Notes under the pieces: model-generated
What the model saw: the letters and a program-made list of their open reading frames with translations, nothing else
Databases searched by the model: none
Told to the model about the DNA's origin: nothing
Part shown: piece by piece, positions 1-9,664 of the stretch
Numbering within the stretch: the first letter of the stretch is position 1
How the letters are laid out: every line of letters starts with the position of its first letter
Origin: Gammaproteobacteria bacterium
Lineage (GTDB): Bacteria > Pseudomonadota > Gammaproteobacteria > Steroidobacterales > JBFFHS01
Assembly: GCA_041556855.1 (NCBI GenBank)
Contig: JBFFHS010000006.1
Span: 819-64,818 of the forward strand
DNA length: 64,000 nt
Reading direction: 5' to 3'
Position numbers and translations under genes: made by a program

Positions 1-2
1 TG

Positions 3-164
3 CCCGAGGAACTACGCACTGCAATCATGCTCCGGGAAATGGAGGGCATGAGCTATGAGGAGATTGCTCAGACCATGGAGTGTCCCGTCGGCACGGTGCG
101 CTCGCGGATCTTCCGTGCCCGCGAGGCGATCGACAAGCGCGTCAGCCCTCTGTTGAAGGATTGA
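3..164 (+). CDS. rpoE: RNA polymerase sigma-E (sigma-24), C-terminal fragment running off the left edge
   Basis: Frame 3 reads PEELRTAIMLREMEGMSYEEIAQTMECPVGTVRSRIFRAREAIDKRVSPLLKD*. This is a region-4 HTH typical of ECF sigma-E. The stop TGA at 162-164 overlaps the next ATG (TGATG). Confidence 0.9.
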   Translation, partial: PEELRTAIMLREMEGMSYEEIAQTMECPVGTVRSRIFRAREAIDKRVSPLLKD

Positions 165-766
165 TGGTTATGAGCGAGAAAATTCAGGAACAGATCTCTG
201 CGTTCCTAGACGGCGAATTGCCGGCCAACGAGGCTGAGCTGTTGGTGCATCGCTTGAGTCGGGACGAGGCCATGCATGCCAAGGCGCGCAGCTTTAGGGT
301 GATTGGTGCGGCGATGCGCAACGAGTTGCTGCAGCCGGATCCCCATGTGCTGCGCCGGCGGGTGTTCAAGGCACTGGACGGCGACCCCAGCTCCGAAAGG
401 CTTGTCGCGCCCCCGGCCTGGACCCCTTTGCGCCTGGCCCGCCCGATCGTTGGTCTGGCCGTGGCGGGCGGGGTCGCGGTGATGGCCATTCTGGGTCTGC
501 AGAATATTGCCCCGCAGAGTCCCGCGCCGACTACCGGGGCGCTGGTGGCGGATGGCGGGGAGCGGGCGCCGCCCGCCACCTACGTGGTTCCCCAGGAGCC
601 TGCGGCGGCCAGCATTGTGCAGGTGCCAATTCGCCTGACCAACTATCTCGTCAATCACGGTGAGTACGCGTCGGGATTGCGCCGCGCCGCCATTCATTCG
701 GAGATCGTAGGCTATCAATCCGACGCCGACCGGGAAGACGATGCCACCGACCGCGAAGCACCTTAG
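164..766 (+). CDS. rseA: Anti-sigma-E factor RseA/MucA
   Basis: N-terminus MVMSEKIQEQISAFLDGELPANEAELLVHRL matches the RseA_N motif. It has one central TM segment (IVGLAVAGGVAVMAILGL). It lies immediately after rpoE with a TGATG overlap. The ORF-track start at 80 lies inside rpoE and is rejected. Confidence 0.8.
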   Translation: MVMSEKIQEQISAFLDGELPANEAELLVHRLSRDEAMHAKARSFRVIGAAMRNELLQPDPHVLRRRVFKALDGDPSSERLVAPPAWTPLRLARPIVGLAVAGGVAVMAILGLQNIAPQSPAPTTGALVADGGERAPPATYVVPQEPAAASIVQVPIRLTNYLVNHGEYASGLRRAAIHSEIVGYQSDADREDDATDREAP

Positions 767-773
767 CATCACT

Positions 774-1751
774 ATGCCTTCGCTGTGGCCCGCCGTGGGC
801 GCGCTGGCGTTGGCCGTTGGTCCCCTGCTGGCCTTTGCCCAGAGTCCGCAGGACTGGTTGGCGCGCATGGCCGAAGCCGTCGAGCTGCTGAACTACGAGG
901 GCACCTTCATTCTCATGCAGGAAGGTAGCGTAGAGTCGCTCTATATCATTCATCGCCATGAGGGCGGCAAGGTCAGCGAGCGGATCGTGTCCATGGACGG
1001 TGCGGGCAGGGAGATCATTCGTCATGAAGACGAAGTGACCTGTATTCTGCCGGATAAGCGCAGTGTGCTCATTGAACAGCGAAAGGACGTCAACCCACTG
1101 TTATCGGCGCTGCCGAATTATTCGGACAAGCTTGAGCAGCACTATGCGGTGGCGCTGTCGCGCCGCGGGCGGGTCGCGGGCCGCATGACCCAGGTGATCC
1201 GTATTCAGCCTCGCGACAGCTATCGGTACGGCTATCGGCTGTGGCTGGATGAGGCAACGGCCATGCCGCTGAAGTCTCAATTGAAGGATGAAAACGACGA
1301 GATCGTCGAACAGATTCTCTTCACCAGCATTGCCATGCCGGAGTTTATTCCCCAAGCCGCCCTGGAACCCACTATCGATACCGCAGGATTCACCTGGTAC
1401 CGGCCACGAACGAACGGCGCTTCTCCGCAGACCGGCGCAGTTGCCTGGCGGGCCGCTCAGCTGCCGTCGGGTTTTGAGCTGTCTGCCTCGACAGTCAAAG
1501 TGATGGCCGGCTCTGAGTATCCGGTGCAGCACCTGGTGTACAGCGATGGCCTTGCGGCAGTATCGGTGTTCATAGAGGATCCCAAGACCGACACTGAGCC
1601 CATGGCCGGTTTCGCCCGCATGGGTAGCGCCAACGCGTTCTCGCTGCGCATGCGCGGTCAGCAGGTCACCGCGGTCGGCGAGGTGCCGCGGCGTACCGTG
1701 GAGTCCATTGCCACCTCATTGACTCTGACACCGGAAAACAACGCCCGTTGA
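774..1751 (+). CDS. rseB: Sigma-E regulatory protein RseB/MucB (periplasmic)
   Basis: Signal peptide MPSLWPAVGALALAVGPLLAFAQS, then WLARMAEAVELLNYEGTFILMQEGSVESLYIIH, typical of MucB/RseB. It occupies the position after rseA. An alternative start at 741 is possible. Confidence 0.85.
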   Translation: MPSLWPAVGALALAVGPLLAFAQSPQDWLARMAEAVELLNYEGTFILMQEGSVESLYIIHRHEGGKVSERIVSMDGAGREIIRHEDEVTCILPDKRSVLIEQRKDVNPLLSALPNYSDKLEQHYAVALSRRGRVAGRMTQVIRIQPRDSYRYGYRLWLDEATAMPLKSQLKDENDEIVEQILFTSIAMPEFIPQAALEPTIDTAGFTWYRPRTNGASPQTGAVAWRAAQLPSGFELSASTVKVMAGSEYPVQHLVYSDGLAAVSVFIEDPKTDTEPMAGFARMGSANAFSLRMRGQQVTAVGEVPRRTVESIATSLTLTPENNAR

Positions 1752-2185
1752 CTCCCCGTCCCTGCCATACTCAGAGTCGTCTGCAGGCGCGGGCGACGGT
1801 AAGGGCTGTCAGGGGCGATATCCTGGACCTGGAGTTGGAGCCGGCTAGCCCGTGCTCCGGATGCCAGGGGTTATGCCGCTGGTCCTTGAATCGACGCCCA
1901 ACCCAACTGACCGTTCCCTCCGGTAGGGCCAGCGTCCGGCCGGGTGATCAATTGCGCCTTAGCGTACCCGCCCGTGCGGTGCTACAGGCTGCGGTGCTGG
2001 CTTATGGAATACCTTTGCTGACGCTGCTGGGGGGAGCGGTGTTGTTCGGCTTTGGGAAGTCCGATCTGCATGCGCTGGCGGGCGCCATACTCGGGTTGGC
2101 GGTCGGTCTGCCCTTGGGTCGTCGCCTGCAGCGAACGATTTTCGGTTGCCTGGTTCTCGCGGCCGACGCCGAAACGGCCACGTGA
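1748..2185 (+). CDS. rseC: RseC/MucC family (SoxR-reducing system type) protein
   Basis: Contains ARATVRAVRGDILDLELEPASPCSGCQGLC followed by two C-terminal TM helices. The TTG start overlaps the rseB stop (TTGA). Confidence 0.8.
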   Translation: MTPRPCHTQSRLQARATVRAVRGDILDLELEPASPCSGCQGLCRWSLNRRPTQLTVPSGRASVRPGDQLRLSVPARAVLQAAVLAYGIPLLTLLGGAVLFGFGKSDLHALAGAILGLAVGLPLGRRLQRTIFGCLVLAADAETAT

Positions 2186-2415
2186 AGCGCCTGACTGTCT
2201 ATTCACGCCCCCAGTGCCATCTCTGCGAGCTGGTATTGGACGAATTATTGCAGGTCGCAGGGGGGCAGGCAGAAGTGAGGGTGGTGGACATCGATACCGA
2301 TCCTGAATTGCAGCAACGCTATTGGCTGCGGATTCCCGTGGTTGTCGGTTTGGATGGCGAGCTATCCGAATACCCGCTGGATCGAAACGCCGTTATGGCT
2401 TACCTGGCCGCCTGA
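2182..2415 (+). CDS. Glutaredoxin-like (thioredoxin-fold, DUF836-type) small protein
   Basis: VKRLTVYSRPQCHLCELVLDELL...IDTDPELQQRYWLRIPVVV shows a CxxC motif in a thioredoxin-fold context. The GTG start at 2182 overlaps the rseC stop (GTGA). Confidence 0.65.
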   Translation: MKRLTVYSRPQCHLCELVLDELLQVAGGQAEVRVVDIDTDPELQQRYWLRIPVVVGLDGELSEYPLDRNAVMAYLAA

Positions 2416-2500
2416 GGCGCATCTGGCCGGGCGGTACGCCATCTCCTGATCGCCACAAGGCGCGTATAATTGCGCCCGCCAGGGCTGGCCCAAAGGTCCC

Positions 2501-4294
2501 ATGGAACGTATACGGAATTTTTCCATCATCGCCCACATTGATCACGGTAAGTCAACGCTGGCTGATCGGTTTATTCAGATCTGCGGTGGGCTGACGGACC
2601 GGGAGATGGCGGAACAGGTGCTGGACTCCATGGACCTGGAGCGGGAGCGTGGAATAACCATCAAGGCCCAGAGCGTTTCGCTGAGCTTCCGCGCCCAGGA
2701 CGGGCAGGAGTATCAGCTCAATTTCATTGATACGCCCGGGCACGTGGATTTTGCCTATGAGGTGTCGCGCTCCCTGGCTGCCTGTGAGGGTGCCCTGTTG
2801 GTTGTGGATGCCGCACAGGGCGTTGAAGCTCAGAGCGTCGCGAACTGCTACACAGCCATTGATGAGGGGCTGGAAGTTTTGCCGGTGATCAACAAAATCG
2901 ACCTGCCCTCGGCGCGTCCCGAACAGGTGATTCAGGAAATCGAGGAAATTATCGGCATCGAAGCCCAAGACGCGGCGCGCATCAGCGCGAAGACGGGCGA
3001 GGGGGTGGTCGAACTGCTGGAATTACTGGTGCAGCGGATTCCCCCACCCCAGGGCGATCCAGGCGCCCCCCTGCAGGCACTCATCATCGACTCCTGGTTT
3101 GATCCCTACGTCGGCGTCGTATCCCTGGTTCGGGTGGTGAACGGCTCCCTGTCGCGGCGACAGAAGATCCAGGTCATGTCCACCGGGCGCACGTACGGAG
3201 CAGATCGCATCGGTACTTTTACCCCTAAGATGCAGGACGGCGACATGCTGGCAACCGGGCAAGTGGGCTTCGTGATCGCCGGCATCAAGGAAATTGATGG
3301 GGCGCCAGTCGGCGATACAATTACCAGCGCCGACCGCCCTTGCTCGACCCCTTTGCCGGGTTTCAAGCAGGTGCAGCCGCGGGTATTCGCCGGTCTGTTT
3401 CCGGTCAACTCCGATGACTACGAGGCATTTCGTGAGGCGCTGCAGAAGCTGCGCTTGAATGATGCCGCGCTGCACTTCGAGCCAGAGAACTCCGGTGCGC
3501 TGGGATTCGGCTTCCGCTGCGGCTTTCTCGGCATGCTGCATATGGAAATCGTCCAGGAACGCCTGGAGCGCGAATATGATCTGGAGTTGATCACGACGGC
3601 ACCGACGGTAGTGTTTGAGGTCCAGACCACCGATGGCGAGATCATCAAGGTGGACAATCCGGCCAACCTGCCGCCGCCCAATCTCATTGCCGAGATTCGC
3701 GAGCCCATAATTCGTGCCAGTCTGCTGCTTCCGGCGGATCACGTGGGCGCTGTGATCAAACTCTGTGTCGAGAAACGCGGGGTGCAGCAAGCGATGCAGT
3801 ATCTGGGTAACCAGATATCCCTGGAGTACGAATTACCTCTGTCGGAGGTTGTACTGGACTTCTTCGACCGGCTGAAGTCGGTCAGCCGCGGCTACGCGTC
3901 CTTCGACTACCAGTTCGAGCGCTTTCAGCCGGCACCCCTTGTTAAGCTCGATATTTTGATTAACAAGGATCGCGTAGACGCGATGTCGGTGATTTGCCAT
4001 CGGGACAAGGCGCAATCCCGCGGCCGGGAGCTGGTGGAGCGGCTGCGGGAGCTCATTCCACGGCAGATGTTCGAGGTGGCGATACAGGCGGCTATAGGTG
4101 GGCAGATCATTGCACGCAGTACCGTAAAGGCGCTGCGTAAAAACGTCACCGCCAAGTGCTATGGCGGCGACGTGACCCGAAAGCGAAAGCTGCTGGAGAA
4201 GCAAAAGGCCGGCAAGCGACGCATGAAGCAGCTGGGTTCTGTCGAGATTCCCCAGGAGGCGTTTCTTGCCGTTCTGCAGGGAGAACGAAAATGA
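2501..4294 (+). CDS. lepA: Elongation factor 4 (LepA)
   Basis: [28 protein letters not shown] and NKIDLP are GTPase motifs. The 597 aa length and the [26 protein letters not shown]-terminus fit LepA. Confidence 0.97.
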   Translation: MERIRNFSIIAHIDHGKSTLADRFIQICGGLTDREMAEQVLDSMDLERERGITIKAQSVSLSFRAQDGQEYQLNFIDTPGHVDFAYEVSRSLAACEGALLVVDAAQGVEAQSVANCYTAIDEGLEVLPVINKIDLPSARPEQVIQEIEEIIGIEAQDAARISAKTGEGVVELLELLVQRIPPPQGDPGAPLQALIIDSWFDPYVGVVSLVRVVNGSLSRRQKIQVMSTGRTYGADRIGTFTPKMQDGDMLATGQVGFVIAGIKEIDGAPVGDTITSADRPCSTPLPGFKQVQPRVFAGLFPVNSDDYEAFREALQKLRLNDAALHFEPENSGALGFGFRCGFLGMLHMEIVQERLEREYDLELITTAPTVVFEVQTTDGEIIKVDNPANLPPPNLIAEIREPIIRASLLLPADHVGAVIKLCVEKRGVQQAMQYLGNQISLEYELPLSEVVLDFFDRLKSVSRGYASFDYQFERFQPAPLVKLDILINKDRVDAMSVICHRDKAQSRGRELVERLRELIPRQMFEVAIQAAIGGQIIARSTVKALRKNVTAKCYGGDVTRKRKLLEKQKAGKRRMKQLGSVEIPQEAFLAVLQGERK

Positions 4295-4304
4295 GGAGAC
4301 GGAC

Positions 4305-5072
4305 TTGGACTTTGCCCTGATACTAGTGATTGCCACGGGCGTGACCGGGGTGATTTGGGCCTTTGACGCGCTGGTGTTACAGCGCGGTCGGGCCGGCGAC
4401 GCGGAGCGCGGTGAGCCTATCCTGGTCGAGTACGCGCGCGCTTTCTTCCCCATTCTGCTATTCGTGCTCGTGTTGCGGTCCTTTCTTTACGAGCCGTTTC
4501 GTATCCCGTCGGGCTCCATGACACCGACTCTGCTGGAGGGCGACTTCATTTTTGTGAACAAGTTCGTGTACGGGCTGCGGCTTCCGGTAGTAAATATCAA
4601 GTTGGTGGCGATTGGCGAGCCCGAGCGCGGCGATGTCATGGTATTCAAGCTGCCTTCGGATTCAGGCACGAATTACATCAAGCGAGTGGTGGGTCTGCCC
4701 GGGGATGTGGTGGAGTATCGCAACAAGCGGCTGGAGATCAATGGCGAGCCCGTGCCCCTTGAGTTTCTCGGGACCTATGATGGGCCAGGGCAGGTGGGTG
4801 CGGGGCTGGCCCGGGAACAGCTGGGCGACGCGGAGCACGAGGTGCTCGTCATGCGCGGCCGGATGAGCCCTGAGGGAACCTACGTGGTGCCCAAGGGACA
4901 TTTCTTCGTCATGGGTGACAATCGGGACAACAGCAGGGACAGCCGCTTTCAGGGCGTGAGCTTCATACCCGAAGACCGATTGGTGGGCAAGGCCGTGCGG
5001 ATCTGGATGAACTGGCGTGTGCCCTCCCAGGGTGGGCCGCTGTGGGGCCGGATTGGCACCAAAATAGAGTGA
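4305..5072 (+). CDS. lepB: Signal peptidase I
   Basis: PSGSMTPTL (catalytic Ser box), GDVMVFK, YIKRVVGLPGD and GDNRDNSRDSR boxes. I chose the TTG at 4305 because GAGGAG lies 6 nt upstream and it is after the lepA stop. The ORF-track start at 4266 is also possible. Confidence 0.9.
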   Translation: MDFALILVIATGVTGVIWAFDALVLQRGRAGDAERGEPILVEYARAFFPILLFVLVLRSFLYEPFRIPSGSMTPTLLEGDFIFVNKFVYGLRLPVVNIKLVAIGEPERGDVMVFKLPSDSGTNYIKRVVGLPGDVVEYRNKRLEINGEPVPLEFLGTYDGPGQVGAGLAREQLGDAEHEVLVMRGRMSPEGTYVVPKGHFFVMGDNRDNSRDSRFQGVSFIPEDRLVGKAVRIWMNWRVPSQGGPLWGRIGTKIE

Positions 5073-5077
5073 CAGCT

Positions 5078-5452
5078 ATGAGCAAGACATTTGGGCACAG
5101 ACAGCGTGGTATGACGGCGCTCGGGTTCATCATTAGCATCGCCGTGGTGGGCGTTCTGCTGTTCGGTGTTCTGAAAGTTACCCCAATCTACCTGGAAAAT
5201 AGACGCCTGGAAGCGGTGCTCGCCTACATCAAGCAGGAGATGGATGGCCAGGGTGCCACGGCAAACCAGATCCGCATGTCCATGGCGCGGCGCCTGGATA
5301 TCGAGATGATCAAGCTACCGCCAGAGGTCATGAAGATCAGGAAGTCGCGGAACGGCTATACTATCGAGGTCAAGTACGATAACCGTACCCATTACTTTGG
5401 TGATCTGTGGCTGGTGGTCGCTCTAGACGAACGGGTAGAAATCATTCGTTAG
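5078..5452 (+). CDS. DUF4845-type small membrane-anchored protein
   Basis: MSKTFGHRQRGMTALGFIISIAVVGVLLFGVLKVTPIYLEN gives an N-terminal TM anchor. The lepB-rnc intergenic position is conserved for this family in gammaproteobacteria. Confidence 0.6.
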   Translation: MSKTFGHRQRGMTALGFIISIAVVGVLLFGVLKVTPIYLENRRLEAVLAYIKQEMDGQGATANQIRMSMARRLDIEMIKLPPEVMKIRKSRNGYTIEVKYDNRTHYFGDLWLVVALDERVEIIR

Positions 5453-6144
5453 CTGCCGCCCTGTCCTGGGCAACGCGATATCTCCAGTACGAGTTCGACG
5501 ATCCTGCGCTGCTGCAGCAGGCTCTGACCCATCGCAGTGCCGCCAGCAAGCCAGACAACGAGCGGCTCGAATTCCTTGGCGATGCCTTCTTGAATTTTGT
5601 CATTGCCGAAGCTCTGTACGCGGGTCAACCGGGGTACAGCGAGGGTGATCTGACCAAACTACGGGCAACCCTGGTGCGGGGCAGCACTCTGGCGGAGGTC
5701 GCATTGGGGCTGGGTGTTGATAAGCACCTCATTCTCGGCGCAGGGGATCTGAAGACCGGCGGTGCGCAGCGCATGTCCACGTTGGCGAACGCTCTTGAGG
5801 CGGTGTTGGGCGCAGTGCTGCTGGATAGCGATCCGGCCACCGCGCGCAAGGTTGTGTTGCGGCTTTTCGCCGCTCGGATGGCTCGGCTGCCAGATCCTGC
5901 CGAGCTCAAGGACGCCAAAACCCGGCTGCAGGAATGGTTGCAGGCGCGCCGCCGCACGCTGCCGGTCTACGAGATGACGGCGGTGACCGGTGCCCAGCAT
6001 AATCAGAGTTTTACGGTTGAGTGTCGTGTTCCGGAGGAGGATGCTGCGACCAGCGGCACCGGTGCCAGCCGGCGGAGTGCTGAGCAGCAGGCCGCGCAGC
6101 AGATGCTCGACAGGTTGCAGGGTCATGCCGACAAAGACGTATAG
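5407..6144 (+). CDS. rnc: Ribonuclease III
   Basis: LLQQALTHRSA and NERLEFLGDAFLNFVIAEALY form the RNase III signature, with a C-terminal dsRBD. The start is uncertain: the only in-frame start seen is GTG 5407, which overlaps the previous gene by 46 nt. Confidence 0.9.
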   Translation: MAGGRSRRTGRNHSLAAALSWATRYLQYEFDDPALLQQALTHRSAASKPDNERLEFLGDAFLNFVIAEALYAGQPGYSEGDLTKLRATLVRGSTLAEVALGLGVDKHLILGAGDLKTGGAQRMSTLANALEAVLGAVLLDSDPATARKVVLRLFAARMARLPDPAELKDAKTRLQEWLQARRRTLPVYEMTAVTGAQHNQSFTVECRVPEEDAATSGTGASRRSAEQQAAQQMLDRLQGHADKDV

Positions 6145-7021
6145 CGGGTATGTGGCCATCGTTGGCCGCCCCAATGTGGGCAAATCCACACTGATCAACG
6201 CCCTGGTGGGCGAAAAGATCAGCATCACCACACCGAAGCCCCAGACGACGCGGCATCGTATCCTCGGGGTGCTCACGCAGGGGCCGCGCCAGGCAGTGCT
6301 CGTGGATACCCCTGGCCTGCAGCAGGACACGAAGCGGGCCATCCATCGACTCATGACCCGTACCGTGCACCAGGCGTTGGCCGATGCTGACGTGATCGTA
6401 TTGGTGGTGGAAGCGGGGCGGCTCGAGAAGCAGGATGAGTTTCTGATCCGGCTGGCCTCCGAGTCCGGGATGCCGCTGGTGCTGGTTGTCAACAAAATCG
6501 ATCGCGTGACACCGCGGGAGCGACTGCTGCCCTATCTGCAGCGCCTCGGCGAAGCAGGCGATTTCACCGCCATCGTGCCGGTGTCTGCGAAGAGCGGCGA
6601 GAACCTGCCTGAACTGGCCCGCTGTATTCTGGATGCTGTGCCGGCGGGTCCGCGCTTATTTCCTGAAGGCATGCGGACCGATCGGGATCAGGCCTTCCGG
6701 GTGGTGGAAATCATCCGCGAAAAGTTGATGCTGCGGTTACATCAGGAAGTGCCCTACGGCATCAGCGTCGAGCTTGAACACATGAGACCCGTGGGTCAGG
6801 GCTGGTTGCTGCACGCCGTGGTCTGGGTGGAGCGGGATGCCCACAAGGCCATCGTCGTAGGCAGGGGTGGCCGGGTCATGAAGGACGTCGGCGGCGCGGC
6901 GCGGGCAGAACTCAGTCGCCTGCTGGGCGGCCCGGTGCATCTGGAGCTGTGGGTCAAGGTGCGCAAGCACTGGGCGGATAGCGAGCGGACCCTGCGGCAG
7001 ATGGGCCTGGACGTGACATGA
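6125..7021 (+). CDS. era: GTPase Era
   Basis: GYVAIVGRPNVGKSTLINAL (G1), DTPG and NKID motifs, plus a KH domain C-terminus. ATG 6125 overlaps the rnc end. The upstream extension to 5990 is rejected. Confidence 0.95.
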   Translation: MPTKTYSGYVAIVGRPNVGKSTLINALVGEKISITTPKPQTTRHRILGVLTQGPRQAVLVDTPGLQQDTKRAIHRLMTRTVHQALADADVIVLVVEAGRLEKQDEFLIRLASESGMPLVLVVNKIDRVTPRERLLPYLQRLGEAGDFTAIVPVSAKSGENLPELARCILDAVPAGPRLFPEGMRTDRDQAFRVVEIIREKLMLRLHQEVPYGISVELEHMRPVGQGWLLHAVVWVERDAHKAIVVGRGGRVMKDVGGAARAELSRLLGGPVHLELWVKVRKHWADSERTLRQMGLDVT

Positions 7022-7734
7022 CTGAAACCCAGCGAATAGCCCTGGAAGCAGGATTCGTTCTGCATCACAGGCCATTTCGCAATACCAGTCAGCTAGTGGA
7101 TTGTCTGACCGAGAATCATGGCCTGATACGCCTCGTGGCAAGGGGTTCACGCCGTTCCCGGGGCGGGCAGCGGGCAGTATTGCAGCCTTTCGTTCCGCTC
7201 CGACTGTCCTGGGTGAGCCGGTCCGATCTGGGTCGTCTCACCGCGGTGGAGGGCGTTACTCATCTTTTCGACCTGCCCCAGGCTCGTCTGCTGGCGGGTT
7301 TTTATGCCAACGAGCTGGTCCTGCGGTTGCTGCATCGGGGCGATCCGAATCCGGCGGTATTTTCCTGCTATAGTGACGCGCTTTTGGATCTGGCCGGCGC
7401 ACCCGCCGTGGCCCGCACGCTGCGGATTTTCGAGGCGCGGCTGCTCACGGCTCTGGGTTACGGCTTGAATCTGGACCAGGATGTGGCCACCGGCAGCGCG
7501 CTGCGACCGGAGCAGGTCTATGCCTATGACGCCCAACAGGGTGCGCGGGCCGTGACCCATGCGTCGGGCCGTGCGACGTTCTCCGGCGCGCACTTGATTT
7601 CCTTGCGCCAGGAAAAGCTGGAGGACGCGGAGAGTCTGGGGGCTGCCAAGCGCCTGCTGCATGCGGTGCTGGAGCACCACCTGGAGGGCAGGCCTCTCAA
7701 GAGCTGGGCGGTTATCAAGGATGTCTATCGTTAA
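7018..7734 (+). CDS. recO: DNA repair protein RecO
   Basis: 238 aa, with ATGA overlap with the era stop. The N-terminal OB-fold region GFVLHHRPFRNTSQLVDCLT and the era-recO-pdxJ synteny fit RecO. Confidence 0.9.
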   Translation: MTETQRIALEAGFVLHHRPFRNTSQLVDCLTENHGLIRLVARGSRRSRGGQRAVLQPFVPLRLSWVSRSDLGRLTAVEGVTHLFDLPQARLLAGFYANELVLRLLHRGDPNPAVFSCYSDALLDLAGAPAVARTLRIFEARLLTALGYGLNLDQDVATGSALRPEQVYAYDAQQGARAVTHASGRATFSGAHLISLRQEKLEDAESLGAAKRLLHAVLEHHLEGRPLKSWAVIKDVYR

Positions 7735-7746
7735 CGAGTCTGAGGT

Positions 7747-8484
7747 GTGGTTGAGAGCAACCGTATTCTGTTGGGAGTAAATGTCGATCACGTCGCGACG
7801 CTGCGGCAGGCCCGGCTCACGCCATATCCGGATCCGGTTGCGGCCGCCCAGTTGGCAGAACGATCAGGCGCCGACAGTATCACCGTGCATCTGCGCGAAG
7901 ACCGGCGTCATATCCAAGAACGAGACGTGCGCCAGATGCAACACTGTTTGGCGACCCGGGTGAATCTGGAAATGGCGGTCACCACAGAGATGCTTGCGCT
8001 GGCTGTGGACATCGGACCCGCTGACTGCTGTCTGGTTCCCGAGCGGCGCGCCGAGTTGACCACCGAAGGCGGGCTGGATGTAGCGTCTCAGGTGGACCGT
8101 ATTCAGGCTGCGTGCCGGCGTTTGAGCGACGCCGGTATCCGGGTGTCCCTGTTCGTGGATCCCGACCCTGCGCAGCTGGACGCCAGCGCCGCCTGCGGGG
8201 CGCCGGTGGTGGAACTGCATACCGGGGCATACGCTGATGCTCGTGACCCCGCCGTGCGGGACGAGGAGTTAGCGCGGATTCGTCACGCTGTGGACCATGC
8301 CGCCGGTCTCGGCCTTACGGTACACGCGGGGCACGGCCTCCACTATGACAACGTGCAGGCGGTCGCTGCCCTGCCGCTGGTTGCAGAGCTCAACATTGGC
8401 CACGCGATCGTGGCGCAGGCGGTGTTTGAGGGTCTCGCGGAAGCCGTGGCCCGCATGAAAGCGCTGATGCTGGCGGCGCGGTAG
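7747..8484 (+). CDS. pdxJ: Pyridoxine 5'-phosphate synthase
   Basis: [27 protein letters not shown] and ELHTG motifs are characteristic of PdxJ. Confidence 0.95.
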   Translation: MVESNRILLGVNVDHVATLRQARLTPYPDPVAAAQLAERSGADSITVHLREDRRHIQERDVRQMQHCLATRVNLEMAVTTEMLALAVDIGPADCCLVPERRAELTTEGGLDVASQVDRIQAACRRLSDAGIRVSLFVDPDPAQLDASAACGAPVVELHTGAYADARDPAVRDEELARIRHAVDHAAGLGLTVHAGHGLHYDNVQAVAALPLVAELNIGHAIVAQAVFEGLAEAVARMKALMLAAR

Positions 8485-8486
8485 CC

Positions 8487-8867
8487 ATGATTTTCGGGAT
8501 CGGCACCGACGTGGTGCAGCTGAGCCGTGTGCAGGCTACCTGGGACAAGTTCGGCAGTCATTTTGCGGATCGACTGCTGCTGGACGCCGAGGGCGAGTTG
8601 TTTCAGCGCGCCAAGAACCCGGTGCGTTTCTTGGCCATGCGGTTCGCCGCCAAGGAAGCGGTGGTCAAAGCTATGGGAACCGGTTTTGCGCACGGGATGT
8701 GGATCCGTGATGTGGGTACGGTACCGAATCAGTGGGGTAAGCCGGAGATTATCTATTCTGAACGCGGTGCAGCCATGTGCGAAAAACTCGGTGTGGGCGA
8801 GGGGCATCTGACCCTCACTGACGAAGCCGGCCTGGTGTTGGCGGTTGCCGTTCTGCTGCGCCGTTGA
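8487..8867 (+). CDS. acpS: Holo-[acyl-carrier-protein] synthase
   Basis: MIFGIGTDVVQLSRV and FAAKEAVVKAMG motifs. 126 aa, in the position after pdxJ. Confidence 0.9.
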   Translation: MIFGIGTDVVQLSRVQATWDKFGSHFADRLLLDAEGELFQRAKNPVRFLAMRFAAKEAVVKAMGTGFAHGMWIRDVGTVPNQWGKPEIIYSERGAAMCEKLGVGEGHLTLTDEAGLVLAVAVLLRR

Positions 8868-8871
8868 AACA

Positions 8872-9657
8872 ATGCCTCGGATGCACACCCTGGCCTTCGA
8901 TATCGAGACGGTCCCCGACACCGAGTTCGGCCGACGGCTGCTCAATATGGGCGAGGTCGGCGAGGACGATGTTGCAAAGGCGATGTTTTTCCGTCAGCGC
9001 CAGACTCGCAACACCGAGTTCCTCCCGTTGCCTCAGCACCGGATCGTTGCGATATCGGTGGCTCTGCGCAGCGCTGACACATTGAGGGTATGGAGTCTGG
9101 GCGACGCCGATGCGGGTGAACAGGAGTTGATCCAGCGCTTTTACGACGGTCTGGAGCGCTACAGCCCCGTGCTGGTCTCCTGGAACGGCGGCGGTTTCGA
9201 TCTGCCGGTGCTTCACTATCGGTCCCTGCTCCACGGTGTCAGCGCGCCGCGCTACTGGGATACCGGCGATCAGGATCGGGAGTTTCGCTTCAACAACTAT
9301 CTGAGCCGCTTTCATTGGCGGCATATTGATCTGATGGACGTGCTGTCAGGCTATCAGCCCGGTGGGCGCGCGTCCCTTGAGCACATCGCGATTCTGCTGG
9401 GCCTGCCTGGCAAACTCGGGATGAGCGGCGATCAAGTGTGGGAAACATATCGGCGCGGCGATCTGACCGCCATCCGTTGCTATTGTGAAACGGATGTCCT
9501 GAATACCTATCTGATTTACCTGCGATTCCAGCTCATCCGGGGCCTGCTCGATCAGCCTGGATATGCTCAGGAGGTGGCCCTGGTGCGCGATTATCTGGCC
9601 AGCCAGGAGGCAGCCCATTTTCGCGAGTTCCTCAGTTGTTGGGCTGAGCCGGAATAG
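8872..9657 (+). CDS. Stand-alone DEDDy 3'-5' exonuclease (PolB-exonuclease-like)
   Basis: Exo I LAFDIETVPD, Exo II VSWNGGGFDLPVL and Exo III YCETDVLNTYLIY. No polymerase domain follows. Confidence 0.6.
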   Translation: MPRMHTLAFDIETVPDTEFGRRLLNMGEVGEDDVAKAMFFRQRQTRNTEFLPLPQHRIVAISVALRSADTLRVWSLGDADAGEQELIQRFYDGLERYSPVLVSWNGGGFDLPVLHYRSLLHGVSAPRYWDTGDQDREFRFNNYLSRFHWRHIDLMDVLSGYQPGGRASLEHIAILLGLPGKLGMSGDQVWETYRRGDLTAIRCYCETDVLNTYLIYLRFQLIRGLLDQPGYAQEVALVRDYLASQEAAHFREFLSCWAEPE

Positions 9658-9664
9658 CCGACCC

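Noticed and set aside
2441-2469. TATAAT hexamer (2464-2469) upstream of lepA as a promoter
   Set aside because: No acceptable -35 or extended -10 element lies at the right spacing. lepA may be read through from the rpoE operon. This is too weak to report as a feature.
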